DNA of 34,736 nt, taken from assembly GCA_002633005.1 (NCBI GenBank), contig NMRA01000988.1:42664-77399 (forward strand), read 5' to 3'. This DNA is from Phoronis australis. Its lineage: Eukaryota; Animalia; Phoronida. The position numbers and the translations under genes were made by a program. Positions 1 through 10,460 of the stretch are shown here, one piece after another. The notes under the pieces were generated by a model, which had not been told where the DNA came from, made no database searches, and saw only the letters and a program-made list of their open reading frames with translations. How positions within the stretch are numbered: the first letter of the stretch is position 1; every line of letters starts with the position of its first letter.

Positions 1-11
1 ATTTCTGGCGG

Positions 12-195
12 CACCGACAACATGGCGACTTTTGCTGAACTGAAAGGCATGTTCAATCGGCTACTTTGTAATTTGTGAAGATTTAACGTTGATACATTTT
101 GACAAACGTTGCTACAAAAAAGAAACTTTGTTCAATTTTCGTGTTTTTTGTGGAAAAATATAAGATATATTCGAATTATTTTACTGTAAATTTCC
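12..195. repeat. Dispersed repeat fragment, copy 1 (homologous to 27001-27179)
   Basis: caccgacaacatggcgacttttgctgaactgaaaggcatgttcaatcggctactttgtaatttgtgaagatttaac aligns by eye, ungapped and in direct orientation, with caccgacaacatcgcgactttaactgaagtgaaaaacatgatcaaccggctaccttgtaattggtgaagatttaac at 27001. Similarity decays over about 180 bp. Confidence 0.85.
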
Positions 196-1551
196 CATTC
201 AGGTGATCTTACAATAAGCTAAAAAATAGTTGAAATAATTATGAAATGGTTTTTGTTTGACTGTCAACTGCTGTTTAAGACTTGATTCGGTGTCACAAAA
301 TGATTCATATTTTTCTAAATTTCAAGTCTCAATTGCTTTCAAGTCATGTTTTGTAACTTATTGCTTCTTAATTCAGGTTATCAAGTCAACAATATGAATA
401 ATCTTAATTTGAGAAATAAGCTATGTTGGATTGTGAAGCTTCAAGCCCCTAATTCTTGTGCCTTGCAACTTCATATTTTTTAAAATGATGCTTGTCGAAT
501 TCTGGTGTAAGGAAACACTATTCCGTCACCATGGTAATGGTTACATGTATGTGCACTTTCATATCATGGAAACTGTTGCTGTTGAATAGTGTTTGTAATG
601 CTAAATGTTGTAAAGTATTGCGCATTTTAAGTTACTTTTTATGTTAAAAGTTTGAATCATTTTGGGTTAATGAATAAAAAATGATAACATGTTGTATTGG
701 ACTTGTCATACTTATGTGCTCGAACGAGCCCCCTTTTTGGAGAACTGGAAAAAGTTCTACCTCAATCACAGAAGTACGAATTCCGAAAAAAGTAGAAAAT
801 GAGACAATATTCCACTAGAAGACAGGAAGTACCAAAATTTGGAGTCTGCAATTCAAAGCTCTGAACATACCCACTGAATCTTATAGTAAAAGATAGACAT
901 TCATAAAAATTCCAGCCCCCCCATTCTTTTAGGCTTTGTGCGCTCATACAAAGTCTGGGAAAATCTCTATTGAAAGACAACAAGATTGCACAGTTCGCCA
1001 GAAGTACCCAAGTTGTAAATAGACCTCGTTTGAGCGAGCGCTGTGGCCAGCGACCAATTAGGCCTAAGGGTAGCCTTGGCGCAAAGCTGTATAGGCCTAC
1101 TAACAAGCTGTATTTTGACGATAGTGTTTACTGGTAGCTGGTGACTGAGGCTAACTAAGGTCTGCCGCGGCAATGTGACACAGGACTAACCAGCCCGTAA
1201 TTTCATGCAAATGTCTGAAACTACCCTTGAATATATGCAGCATTTATGATTTAACCATTTTACTTCGACAAAACAGCTTGCAACCGCATGCATTTACCGT
1301 TCGCCAGTGTCTGGTCTCGATCCGCACCGGGCCCGATAGACTGCGGTCCCGAGTCTGGCAAAATAATTTCTGTCAAAATTTATTCGCCACATTTTTTCAG
1401 CAAATTCGATAAAATTGTCCTTAGTTTGATTTTATTAAAATTAAGGCGCGCTGTCGATTATTTTATCCCCGTTTGCTGGCTGGTAACAGTACAGGCACTG
1501 CCCCAGTCGCACTGAAGGCGTTTTCTTGGCCTGGGTTCCTGAATGAATTGT

Positions 1552-1585
1552 ACTTCCGGGTTCGCGGCAAGTTCAAAATGGCGGT
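1552..1585 (+). promoter_or_regulatory. Candidate housekeeping-type promoter/start region (ETS motif plus YY1/Kozak-like motif)
   Basis: ACTTCCGG at 1552-1559 and CAAAATGGCGG at 1574-1584 lie in a locally CpG-rich patch. Both motifs also occur in TE ends, so this is not decisive. Confidence 0.4.
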
Positions 1586-1604
1586 GGTTCTTCGGGTGCG
1601 AATC
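1578..1604 (+). CDS. Candidate first coding exon (MAVVLRVRI), phase 0
   Basis: ATG in AAAATGGCG context, 9 open codons, followed directly by the consensus donor GTGAGT at 1605-1610. Product not recognised. Confidence 0.3.
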
Positions 1605-1764
1605 GTGAGTGGCGCGTTCATTTAAACTTTTTTCGAGTACGGATCTTGTATTACTTATGGGGTAAGCACTTCTTGGATCCTTATAACATCCTCTAACCAT
1701 GTAATAAGGGTTAACAACGCGTGAGAGAAGGACTTTAATGTCTGCTGCTTTTCATTCAAGTGTC

Positions 1765-1912
1765 CAGTGCCGGATTTGGGGGGCAAGGGGGCCATAGCCC
1801 CCTAAAATTTTCCCATATTCCATTTGGCAGTTTGGAGGTTCAAATTTCTGATGGAAAAAATCCTGGCTATCTCCCCTGCTCCCCCTATCTCAAAATCCTG
1901 GATCCACTCCTA
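1765..1912. mobile_element. Short MITE with degenerate CAG(G/T)GGCGGATC-type TIRs
   Basis: The left end cagtgccggatttgggggg pairs imperfectly with the right end aaaatcctggatccactccta. The left end also matches the reverse complement of 26450-26484. No TSD is visible. Confidence 0.6.
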
Positions 1913-2051
1913 GTAAATCCCCGTAATACTCTCCTTTTGTTTGTTACCATCTTGTCTTGACTTCGAGGAATCACCAAATTGTATCGTAGTCTGTTATTGT
2001 TGTTGCAGCAGCCACAAATCACAAGGCATTATGTTTGAGCAACAGTGCTAT

Positions 2052-2173
2052 TAGCATGCGTAACCCAACAAGAGCAAAAGTGCCCTAAGCCTCATTTAGC
2101 TCAGACAAAAGAACTCTAGCCCTGGAAAGCCATCTTCGATCTCGCTCTGGCTATGGTTTCGCTACGCATGCGT
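2052..2173. mobile_element. Possible small MITE
   Basis: gcatgcgtaac (2054-2064) vs gctacgcatgc (2161-2171) is a 10/11 inverted match. Confidence 0.3.
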
Positions 2174-2284
2174 GGCATTTGTTTGCATCGTTAGACAAAC
2201 CTTAAAGTGTTCCTACCACGCATTGTCTTAGTTCTCCAGCTTTCAGTACCATAAAATATAAAAAAATAATTGCAGGCGTTGCGG

Positions 2285-2575
2285 TACACAAAAGTCGCAA
2301 ATACGAACAAAAAATGCACACGGACCACAATAATCGTACATGCAAACTTAAAATCATACACAGGAACATCGAATAACATGCACAAACAGTTTATCGTTGG
2401 TTGTTCGTGCGTATGATTCGGATGCCCATGGGTATGACTTGTGATCGTACGCCTGACTTTTGTGGTTCGCGCGCGTAATTTTTGGTTCGTATGCATGGTT
2501 CATGGGTTAGTATGCATGATTTATAGGTTCGTAGGTGGTTCGTTCGCCGTTGCCATACCCGTTTGTATGATTCTA
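2285..2575. mobile_element. Foldback-like element: two inverted arrays of a degenerate ~20-bp unit
   Basis: The left arm (2290-2387) has about five units resembling aaaatc(g/a)tacacacgaacc. The right arm (2403-2545) has six to seven units resembling ggttcgtgcgtatgatttt. Strand composition flips from A/C-rich to G/T-rich near 2395. 2771-2783 is an exact reverse complement of 2349-2361. Confidence 0.65.
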
Positions 2576-3069
2576 TGGTGCCCCTGTAGTCCTGGAATGC
2601 AAACTTCAGCCCTGGGCTGCTGAGATTGTGCCTTCTGGTGGTATTTTTTGCATTCGTTTGTTCCGGTTATTCCTGTGGAATTTACTGTCATTACAAACTT
2701 TCGCAAGTCCACAGTTTTTTTCGAAATGCATCAGTCATATCATCAGAAAGCCTTTTGCCAGATCTTGACGGTGTATGATTTTAGCATACGCAAACGATAC
2801 ATAGCTAAATAAAAAGGACATGAACAAGATATGTTACATAAATGACTAATTAAAGTAGCAGGTAAATGGATTTCAATGAATCAAAAGATTTCTGCCCTAT
2901 CAAGTTAAAAACTTTAGGATATAGAACCCTCACAGTTGCCGTGAAGAATTTAGTCAAGCATACAACCAAAATTATAAATCTTTATATATTAATAACATCT
3001 TTGGTGCCGTTTGATACAGGGTTTCAGTAACAATTCAGGACTCAGTGACAAAAATGTGATCAACTAATT

Positions 3070-3325
3070 TCTCCAACTACTTGCCCGAAATTTGCAACTA
3101 AAGGCATTTTGATAGATAAAATTGTGCAAATATGTATTGTGTAGGTTTGAAATGTACTGTAGAAAAATCATTACATAGGCTGCAGCGTAGGACATTCCAT
3201 AGTAGTTTGTATATAAATTCATTTCTTCAGAAACTAAAAAGTGGTGATCATCATACATGCAAAGTGTGCTACCGTAAACAAGATACACTGGAAAATTATT
3301 TTTACGATTGTTAGGTTACTAAAGA
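3070..3325 (+). mobile_element. Fossil L1/Tx1-clade LINE ORF2 C-terminal fragment (zf-RVT / CCHC region)
   Basis: ORF 3132-3314 reads KCTVEKSLHRLQRRTFHSSLYINSFLQKLKSGDHHTCKVCYRKQDTLENYFYDC. This follows the L1/Tx1 pattern T..KLR.FQ.K..H..L.TN..L.K......C..C....ET.EH.F..C, with the His replaced by Asn and a stop after the last Cys. Confidence 0.65.
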
Positions 3326-3599
3326 AAGTGAATTACGGAAAATAACGATTTTCACGACAAAGAGACAAATGAACACCTGTCCTCTAGTTAACATTCGAGA
3401 TTCACAAACTGCGGTAACTGGGCTGAAAAGCGGGACTTCCGAATACAAAGCGAGGCGTCTGGGTCTGTACCAAAACGGAAAGGTGAAATGTTCACTACAA
3501 CTCACAAAAACGCAAAAACGCACCGACAGCGTCTTTTGTCGAACGGGAGACTTTGCACACAAAAGCACTATTTATTTTATTCAGTGTGAAAAGTATGGA

Positions 3600-3975
3600 G
3601 CACACATGCTGTCCTTGTTCATCCACTGATATTTCGAAAGATTTGCCTTTTATCGAAAGGGAAACATCACATCACACAGCAATAGAAATGTGTCGGGAGC
3701 ATAATGCCTGTCCACCAAGGGCCTGATCGCCGTCTTGCGCGGTAACGAATTTCAATATAGTGCCACCATTTCATAAGTCACCTATTTCTTACTATATCTT
3801 TGAAGATGTGATGTAGAAAAACATTTCTAAAGTACAATGATCTATTTACACCAACTTCGTACCTATGTTCATGTTTATTGGCATGATGATTTGGTCGATC
3901 ATTTCTTCGACCATCTTCAGTTGATGCAATGTTCTCAGAAGATCGAATTCGGCTTTTAGGCTTACTCATTGTGGT
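3600..3975 (-). mobile_element. Fossil piggyBac-type transposase, N-terminal/DDD-core fragment (frameshifted, internally deleted)
   Basis: Minus-strand peptides occur in the expected order: KPKSRIRSSENI, EEMIDQIIMPIN, HIFKDIVRNR, AIRPLVD (3710-3730), YAPDTFLLLCDVMFPFR*KANLSKY (to 3629). They resemble piggyBac DDE_Tnp_1_7 motifs R....NI / I..IV..TN / F...MSRNRF / KIRPL.D / Y.P...L..DE.M.PF.GR....QY. Confidence 0.6.
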
Positions 3976-3979
3976 CAAT

Positions 3980-4295
3980 GATGAGCACATATTTATTGTG
4001 CGCCAAACTGATGCTTCGAAACAACAGTGAAGGTAGAGCTCAGCAAAATTTTTCGAAAGTCTTTAATTGACAAAATTGTCGAGTCATAACTAACACGTGT
4101 GGGCACAACAGATTTCTGTCTGGAGAAGGTTAATACGTTTTACACTCGATTTTATCCGGTTCTGTCATTTGCCAGTACGCAGTAAGAACTATCTTAGCGT
4201 GTCAAGGACTGGCGTGGCATACAAAAGACAGTGTATTTTCGCTAAAAACAAAAGCACGAGTTTATCGAACAATTGCTTCTCTGTGAAGCCTACTC
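3980..4295 (+). mobile_element. Possible piggyBac transposase C-terminal (Cys-rich domain) remnant
   Basis: Plus-strand fragments FRKSLIDKIV (4051-4080), CHLP (4163-4174), KTVYF (4225-4239) and NNCF (4268-4279) fall in the order seen at piggyBac C-termini. They are spread over two frames with stops. Confidence 0.35.
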
Positions 4296-4384
4296 ATGAA
4301 GTGTAATAAAACCCGGAGAACTTCAAGTGATGATAATGAATCTATGGATAAACGATTTACGTATGTCATGTATTTTACTTACAG

Positions 4385-4519
4385 GGAAAAAGAGGTTTCA
4401 GAAATAGGCGACACCGCAACAGTGTAATTGATGGTATAATTGGTTACGAAAACAGACTCAGAACGGTGGAGGAAAAAGTATCCCGTCTAGAGCGTCAACG
4501 GGATCAAGATCTTTCGATT
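4385..4519 (+). CDS. Candidate internal coding exon, 45 aa, phase 0-0, coiled-coil-like
   Basis: Acceptor tattttacttacAG (ending 4384) and donor GTAAGC (4520) bound 135 nt of open frame: GKRGFRNRRHRNSVIDGIIGYENRLRTVEEKVSRLERQRDQDLSI. Protein not recognised. Confidence 0.5.
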
Positions 4520-5439
4520 GTAAGCATAGCATTTGCATATTTTCTGCTGACATTTGTATACTCGGATGTGTTTATTGTGTGACAGCATATCACGAGGTGG
4601 TGCTGTAAACGACCATATTTGTCAATGAGAGCATATAGCAGTTTTTAATATTTTCAGAGTTAATTTTCGTATTTGGACAATGAATGAAATATTTCATATG
4701 CCTTCGGTCCTTGGAGCTCGATTTCCGTTAAAAATTCGAGAGTAGACATTTCTGTTGTTTCAAACGAATTTTGCTGCGTGAGTATTAAATTACTTCATAA
4801 ATTTTCTTAACAGAATATAGAAAACTATAAACCATTTCTGTTGGAAGAGTATTCCATGTTTCTATGTTCGAAGTTATACAGTATGTGCAAATGACTCAAC
4901 CACAAGACGGCGGATCAAAGAAAAGTACTAGAGCGTAGACCTGATGTAATGTTGTGCCATTGATAGTTTTCAAATTGTTTATATTAATGTTTTCTTTATT
5001 CTTCGTGGGCCAATATAACTGAGTGTAAACGTTTTAGGCCCAAGAGACTGTTTCTACTTTTTGTTGCCGTTATTATACATAATGTCGTTCATGACTATTT
5101 TAACATGTGCCTGCAAGTTGATAGCCTTTAGTGTTTCCGCAAAGCGATGTTAATGGCTTAAACACTAAATATTTTCAGTGATGGTAAATTTCAAATGAGT
5201 GAGCAGAATTTTTGGGGTTTCCCCTTGTGACCAAATTATCTGTAGTACTTGGAAGCTTTGATACCACGCATCTTTCGTTGCGTTTTCCAGGGGCTTGGGG
5301 TAGCCTAAGTCCTCAGTCTAACGTGACGTCATGAACAAACAAAAGCAACTACCATCCACACTCGCAGCAAGATGCCCAGTATATCCACATAGCCTGGTAA
5401 TTCGTTACCTGTTCATAATCCAGAGGTTGGATTTTAGTA

Positions 5440-5600
5440 TACTATTATCCATACGTGTTTACTCTGTTATCGTTCTTTTGAAAATCCCTCTTGGGTCGAG
5501 ACTTTCAAAATCTTTATTGAGAAAACATGAAGTGACAAGCGTCTTCTATAAGTTGAGAACTATTCATATACACATACACACATACTGTATATGCGCGTTG
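5440..5600 (-). mobile_element. Short 3' fragment of a LINE ORF2 (CR1/L2-group-like C-terminal CCHC motif)
   Basis: The minus strand reads VCVYVYMNSSQLIEDACHFMFS (EDACHFMF at 5523-5546), resembling C..C.....IEDE.HF...C. It is very short and degenerate. Confidence 0.35.
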
Positions 5601-7522
5601 TAGACCCCATTTATAACTCAAGCACATTCAAAACAGATATACTATTGGGCTCAAGTTTTATTGAAATCCTCATATTTATTTTTTGTAAAATGACCATCTT
5701 TCAATGTTAGTATTCAAAGGCTTGCGTCCTAAAATATTCGAAATTAGAAATTTTTTGTTGCAGACATGAACTTTTCTTAAATAATAAAATTTAAATTGTT
5801 AGATATTGGCCTTCAATTGTGCCAAAAATACAAATTCGAAAGTTCTAAAGAGCTTTTGGATTTGTATGATATCCGTTGATCAACTGAAATCCAATACATA
5901 ATTAAATTACAATTGCAAATCTGGCAGATGATGTCCTCTGGCATTCTGTTTCAAAATGTACAATAAAACTCACTATTTTAACGCCAATCTTATACAAACA
6001 GGATTAACACTAACTGCAAACTATATATTTGATATCGCCGGTAAACAGTGAAGAATGCGTATACGTCCCTCTCCACCAATCAAAAAATAACAATACTAAG
6101 AAAGCTAGTCTCCCTTTTTATCCCATACGCGTTGTATCAATACACTCATGTGATATTATTTTCCGTATTCACCTCCCGCATTACTTCAACGGTGCCCTAT
6201 GACATGAAAAGCTCAAAAGATTGGTCAATATAGACTCGACGTAGTTCGCCGGTTCGATCATCAAACTTTCCGAATATAGTTTAATGTAATACAACTGCAG
6301 CAGAATAATAACACTCGACATGCAATCAGGTTCCAAACGTAACATCTACAACAAAACTGTTCTAACACTTCTGTTTCATTTTTCAACTGCTAAAGATTTA
6401 CATTCTGCAACTCAGGCGCCGATTCCTCGGTGACTACAATATTAAATATTGTTGGTATCGAAGTTTTCAGGAAATATTACAACTTCCATGCCGAATTTTC
6501 GTTTTTTTTCATCTTTGTTATCTCTTTTCAAGTAAGAAATCGTTACATTTAAAACTGTTTCTTTTACTAAAGAAAGCTTGTACTTGCAAGTATATACCAA
6601 TAGGATGTAATCCGCCTCGTGAACAGTCTGAGTGAAGTATTTAAAAAATCTGCCGAAAAATGAAAGAAACTTAAAAATGCGAAGTGTATGGGATAAATAC
6701 AAATTCGGTCTCATTCGACACTCGGAATAATGCCTCGTGGGATATTACTTCATCAACGCCAAACTCGGTACGTTTTGTGTATGTATCCACTCTTTGGGTT
6801 TCGGCATACACATTGCTACTTAAAGATCCAAATCGAATTAAGCCTTTTACACTCAATAAATTCGGTGTCCTAAAATTCCCTGCCGTGTTAAAATTCTGCC
6901 TCCGAGTTTATTGGGATTGGCCAACAGTAAAATTGTTTTAAAAATTGCGCATCGCGTGTGAGTTGCGGGTTTATTTGGGAATAATTCGTGGTAATGTTTT
7001 CAATCCCCAAGTCGCTTTGTAGCTTTTACACCTGAACAGGGACACAACTGGAACAACTGGATCTTGGTTATTCAGAAAACCATGAAGGACATGTAAGTAT
7101 ACGAATACCTTTTGATTTTGCTGTTAAAATTGTGCAATCAGTATTTTACCTGTCGACATTGTCATGAAAAAGCAGGCCCATGTCAAATGTTCTCGCATGG
7201 AGCTCGTAAAGCATTGATCAACGTTGTGGCAATCCCATAAACCACTCCAGTCTTTCAGTTTCCTCCTGTAGTAGAGTAGATGAGGGCGAAGCCCTAGGAC
7301 AGCGTCGCAAGATCGGACGATCTCGCCTTTTGTACTTGCTGTTCTTGGAGTGGACGTAGTGGAGCGATGAGCGTGGAATTGGCTGAAAGGCGCTGATGTT
7401 CTTCTTTGGTGAATGAGACTTGGCTTGATGGCAATAGCATCGTTGTCCTCTTGGATATGGTTAGACTCGTATGAAGCTAGCTTGATGGCAGCAGGGTTCA
7501 TGCCTGTCCTGGGTTGTCTTTA

Positions 7523-7634
7523 TACTGCCCCGTCAGGACAGTTACCAGTTGAGCAGTGCCATAACCCATGGTGCTCCTGGTACAGGCTTGTCACTGGATT
7601 AAAGTTGTATTTCTACTGCCCCGTCGGGACAGTT
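7523..7634. repeat. 21-bp direct repeat pair in a GC-richer segment
   Basis: tactgccccgtcaggacagtt (7523-7543) and tactgccccgtcgggacagtt (7614-7634) are 20/21 identical and start 91 bp apart. Confidence 0.85.
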
Positions 7635-8104
7635 TCCTCCTACAATGGTTTACTGAAATTTATCTGAGCAACATACACGGACCACCGAAAACAAAGAGGT
7701 ACGAGCTCCAAACGAATGGAAGCTGCCAGGAGCGAGTATAGAATAGAGTTATTTCCCTTTTCGCAAATGCTGAACACCATTCAGTTACCTGGTATTTACA
7801 GCACCTCAATGGAGACAAGTCGGGTCATCACTGAATGGCAGCGTAAGAATGGCAGCCGCCTTTGAATGGTGCGTAGCAAGGTCTATAGTTGAGTGGGCTA
7901 GCGACTAGTTAATCCAATTATTTGCCGCATTTCCACGCCTTGGCGTGAACTGTCAACTCAGCAATCGTTCACGTGAAGTAAATGAATGAGCTTGTGGTCT
8001 ATCCATACTTAAGGTTGAAAAACAATCCAATGGCGGGACTGCCAATATCACAGTCAGTCTATGCGACAACGCATCACCAGTCAACAACTTACAATTTTGT
8101 GCCT

Positions 8105-8254
8105 TTAGAAAACGGACAATTGCCGCACAAATAAAGAAGCTCATGTTAACTCAACGTTTCGTCTGATTCAACAAGACATCATCAGGATATGTACAGTACG
8201 ACAACAAGTGTCGATATTCATTGAAGTCACGTGTGGCAATTGTCCGTTTTCTAA
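8105..8254. mobile_element. 150-bp MITE with 24-bp TIRs, possible TA target duplication
   Basis: ttagaaaacggacaattgccgcac (8105-8128) vs gtgtggcaattgtccgttttctaa (8231-8254) is a 23/24 inverted match. Confidence 0.8.
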
Positions 8255-8483
8255 TCCTACTTTGGCCAGAAAATGATGTGACTAATTTTGTGTTTTGTGC
8301 CTCTTGTAGTCGTCTGTACCGCCGCCCTCTTTTGGTTGCCATTCACCACCATATTTTGCTACTTCCAGCTGTATGCTTCGCCAAACGTCAGCAGCCCTCC
8401 CCATCCTTCCAGCTACTCCACTGCTGGCCGGCAGACAATTGATTAGAATGTTTACTCCAAAAATTCTGTGTTACTTTAGATGT

Positions 8484-8600
8484 AGCAATGAACCAGGCCT
8501 CCCAGCGCTGAACATTTTCTTATTTTTTCCTTCTTTTATGATGTATTCCTACTTTTCCTACTTTTTGGTGGTATTCTTACTTTTCCTACTTTTTTGGAAG
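8484..8600. mobile_element. Probable DNA-transposon terminus with subterminal TTCCTACTTT repeats
   Basis: A caggcctcccag start is followed by two copies of gtattc(c/t)tacttttcctacttttt. No partner end found. Confidence 0.3.
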
Positions 8601-10460
8601 TAATTCTCTCAAATTCCTTCTTTGTGTCCTTTTTGTCAGGATTTGTCGATGAGTAAATTTCTTGAATCTGTCAAAGAAACATCAAGTTACCAGAACTAGA
8701 ATTAAATGCGATAATCTAACTAAATGTATGGGTTAGATTTTTAGGCTGTTGGATTGAACAATAGCTCCTCTGTGACACCATAAACTGTGATATTTCAAAA
8801 AGACTGTTTGAAATAAAGGTGTCAAAGCTGGTCGTGTATTCATCCTTCAGTCAATGAAGTGAGAGGAGAAGATGGAGATTGCCAGGGATCATTCTCGATT
8901 TTATGAATATTTTCAGTTGAATTTTCATTCATTCTCTTCTTTTTACATATACATATTTACGTTGCAATTTTAGGATTCCTTTTAGAAAAATGTGTGTTGC
9001 ATTTACCCACACGGCCTTAAGTCTGTAGATAAATTTTGAAGACCTGCCGTCAATGCACTCGCGGTTTTTTCTTGCATTACTTGCATGCCTTTGCTTTGTT
9101 TCGCTTTTCCTTCAAGTTGTGTTTAACCCTCTGTGGTAATGTATAGAGCTGCGGTATTCGTGGTTCTATGTCTTCCATCTACATCTTGGGAATGCTAACG
9201 TAAAAGTTGTTCACCTTCAAGATTGTAATACTTTCTAGAAAAATTTGCCAGAATCACTATATTTGAAACATATGAACTTTTTCATCTCAGTAGTTTTCAA
9301 ATTCTCCGCCATAAATAATATATGAACATAGGGGCATGCGCGCACTCAGCCTTTAATATGGGGGTGCTCGAATTTCTGACGATGTGGACCAGGACCTTTT
9401 TCTAATAAAAAATGCGGGAGGAGTAAAAAAACGGCACCACATTCGGAGCTGTAAATTGTGCGTTTGCGCCTTTTCAGTGGACATTTTTATCTCGTTTTCT
9501 AGGACTTGTCCCCCCTGGATGCACGCATGATGAGCGTATGCGCTCAAAGAAGTCTACATCAACGGTCAAATGTCACATTTTCCATAATAAGCGAAATGCG
9601 CTGCTTTATGTCTTGCCACACTAAGTGAGGGGACGTGCTTTGCTGGGTCGAAAAAAGGCACCGGAATGATGAGCAGTTGACAGATCGTTTTCTGAAATTT
9701 AAAACTAAAGAAAAATTCTTTGACATTCAAAATTTTCACCTGAAAATCATAAAAATACATGCTTAACAGCTTGACTTCTGATTCAGTGGCAGAGAACCAC
9801 TTTGAACAATGCAATTTGTTCAGTTTTTCACGTTTTATGCGTCTTTAAGAAGATAATATTTACGTGATAACGAGCGTGTCTTTTATTTCATTAACCCCAG
9901 CTAATTTGGTAAATGTCTTTAGCTGGTCGTCCGTTACAAAATATACTGCATTTGATAAACAGGCCGCGAGAACTTGTCTATCTTTAGAATGTTTTCATCC
10001 AGCTAGGAACTGAATACGCGCCCTCGTTTGTCGCAGACTGCAACCTTCGTTAGCAAGTCAACGAGCGATGCGGGTGAATGCTTGATAGCACTAAATGTAA
10101 TGTATTTTCTTGCATGCTTGAAAACCTGGCATTTATGCAGTGTAATACCTGGGCCAGGTCTCTTATCTTTGTACTCGAAATGAACTCGAAATTATTTTGG
10201 CAATTTCACTACTCCTTTTGCGCGAGCTTAAGATAAGTGGTTATCAGGCTGTGCTCGAATACATCATAGCTTATGCATATGAGTTTCTAGTTCAAGTTCG
10301 CACTTGAAGACCCTTATATTCGTGCTACAAACTCAAGTAGAAACTCGACGAAATTTCAAGTTCAAACTTGAACTTTAATATTGGGCTTATAAACTGCGAA
10401 CTAAGGCTAATATATCATCTATGTAAGTTATTATGTACTCGAGTACATCCCATCACATCC

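Noticed and set aside
762-1173. 114-aa and 68-aa minus-strand ORFs
   Set aside because: They have non-ATG starts, no recognisable motif in the frames I translated, and no splice support.
3410-3465. Possible second tRNA/SINE remnant (cgggacttccgaatacaaagcgaggcg)
   Set aside because: Too degenerate, with no identifiable A or B box.
6695-6750. Short segment resembling a hairpin-type non-autonomous element end (cattcgacactcgg...cctcgtgggatatt)
   Set aside because: No partner end or TSD located, so the boundaries cannot be supported.
9335-9530. Possible MITE bounded by catgcgcgcac / gatgcacgcatg
   Set aside because: Only about 10/13 inverted identity and no TSD. Could be chance.
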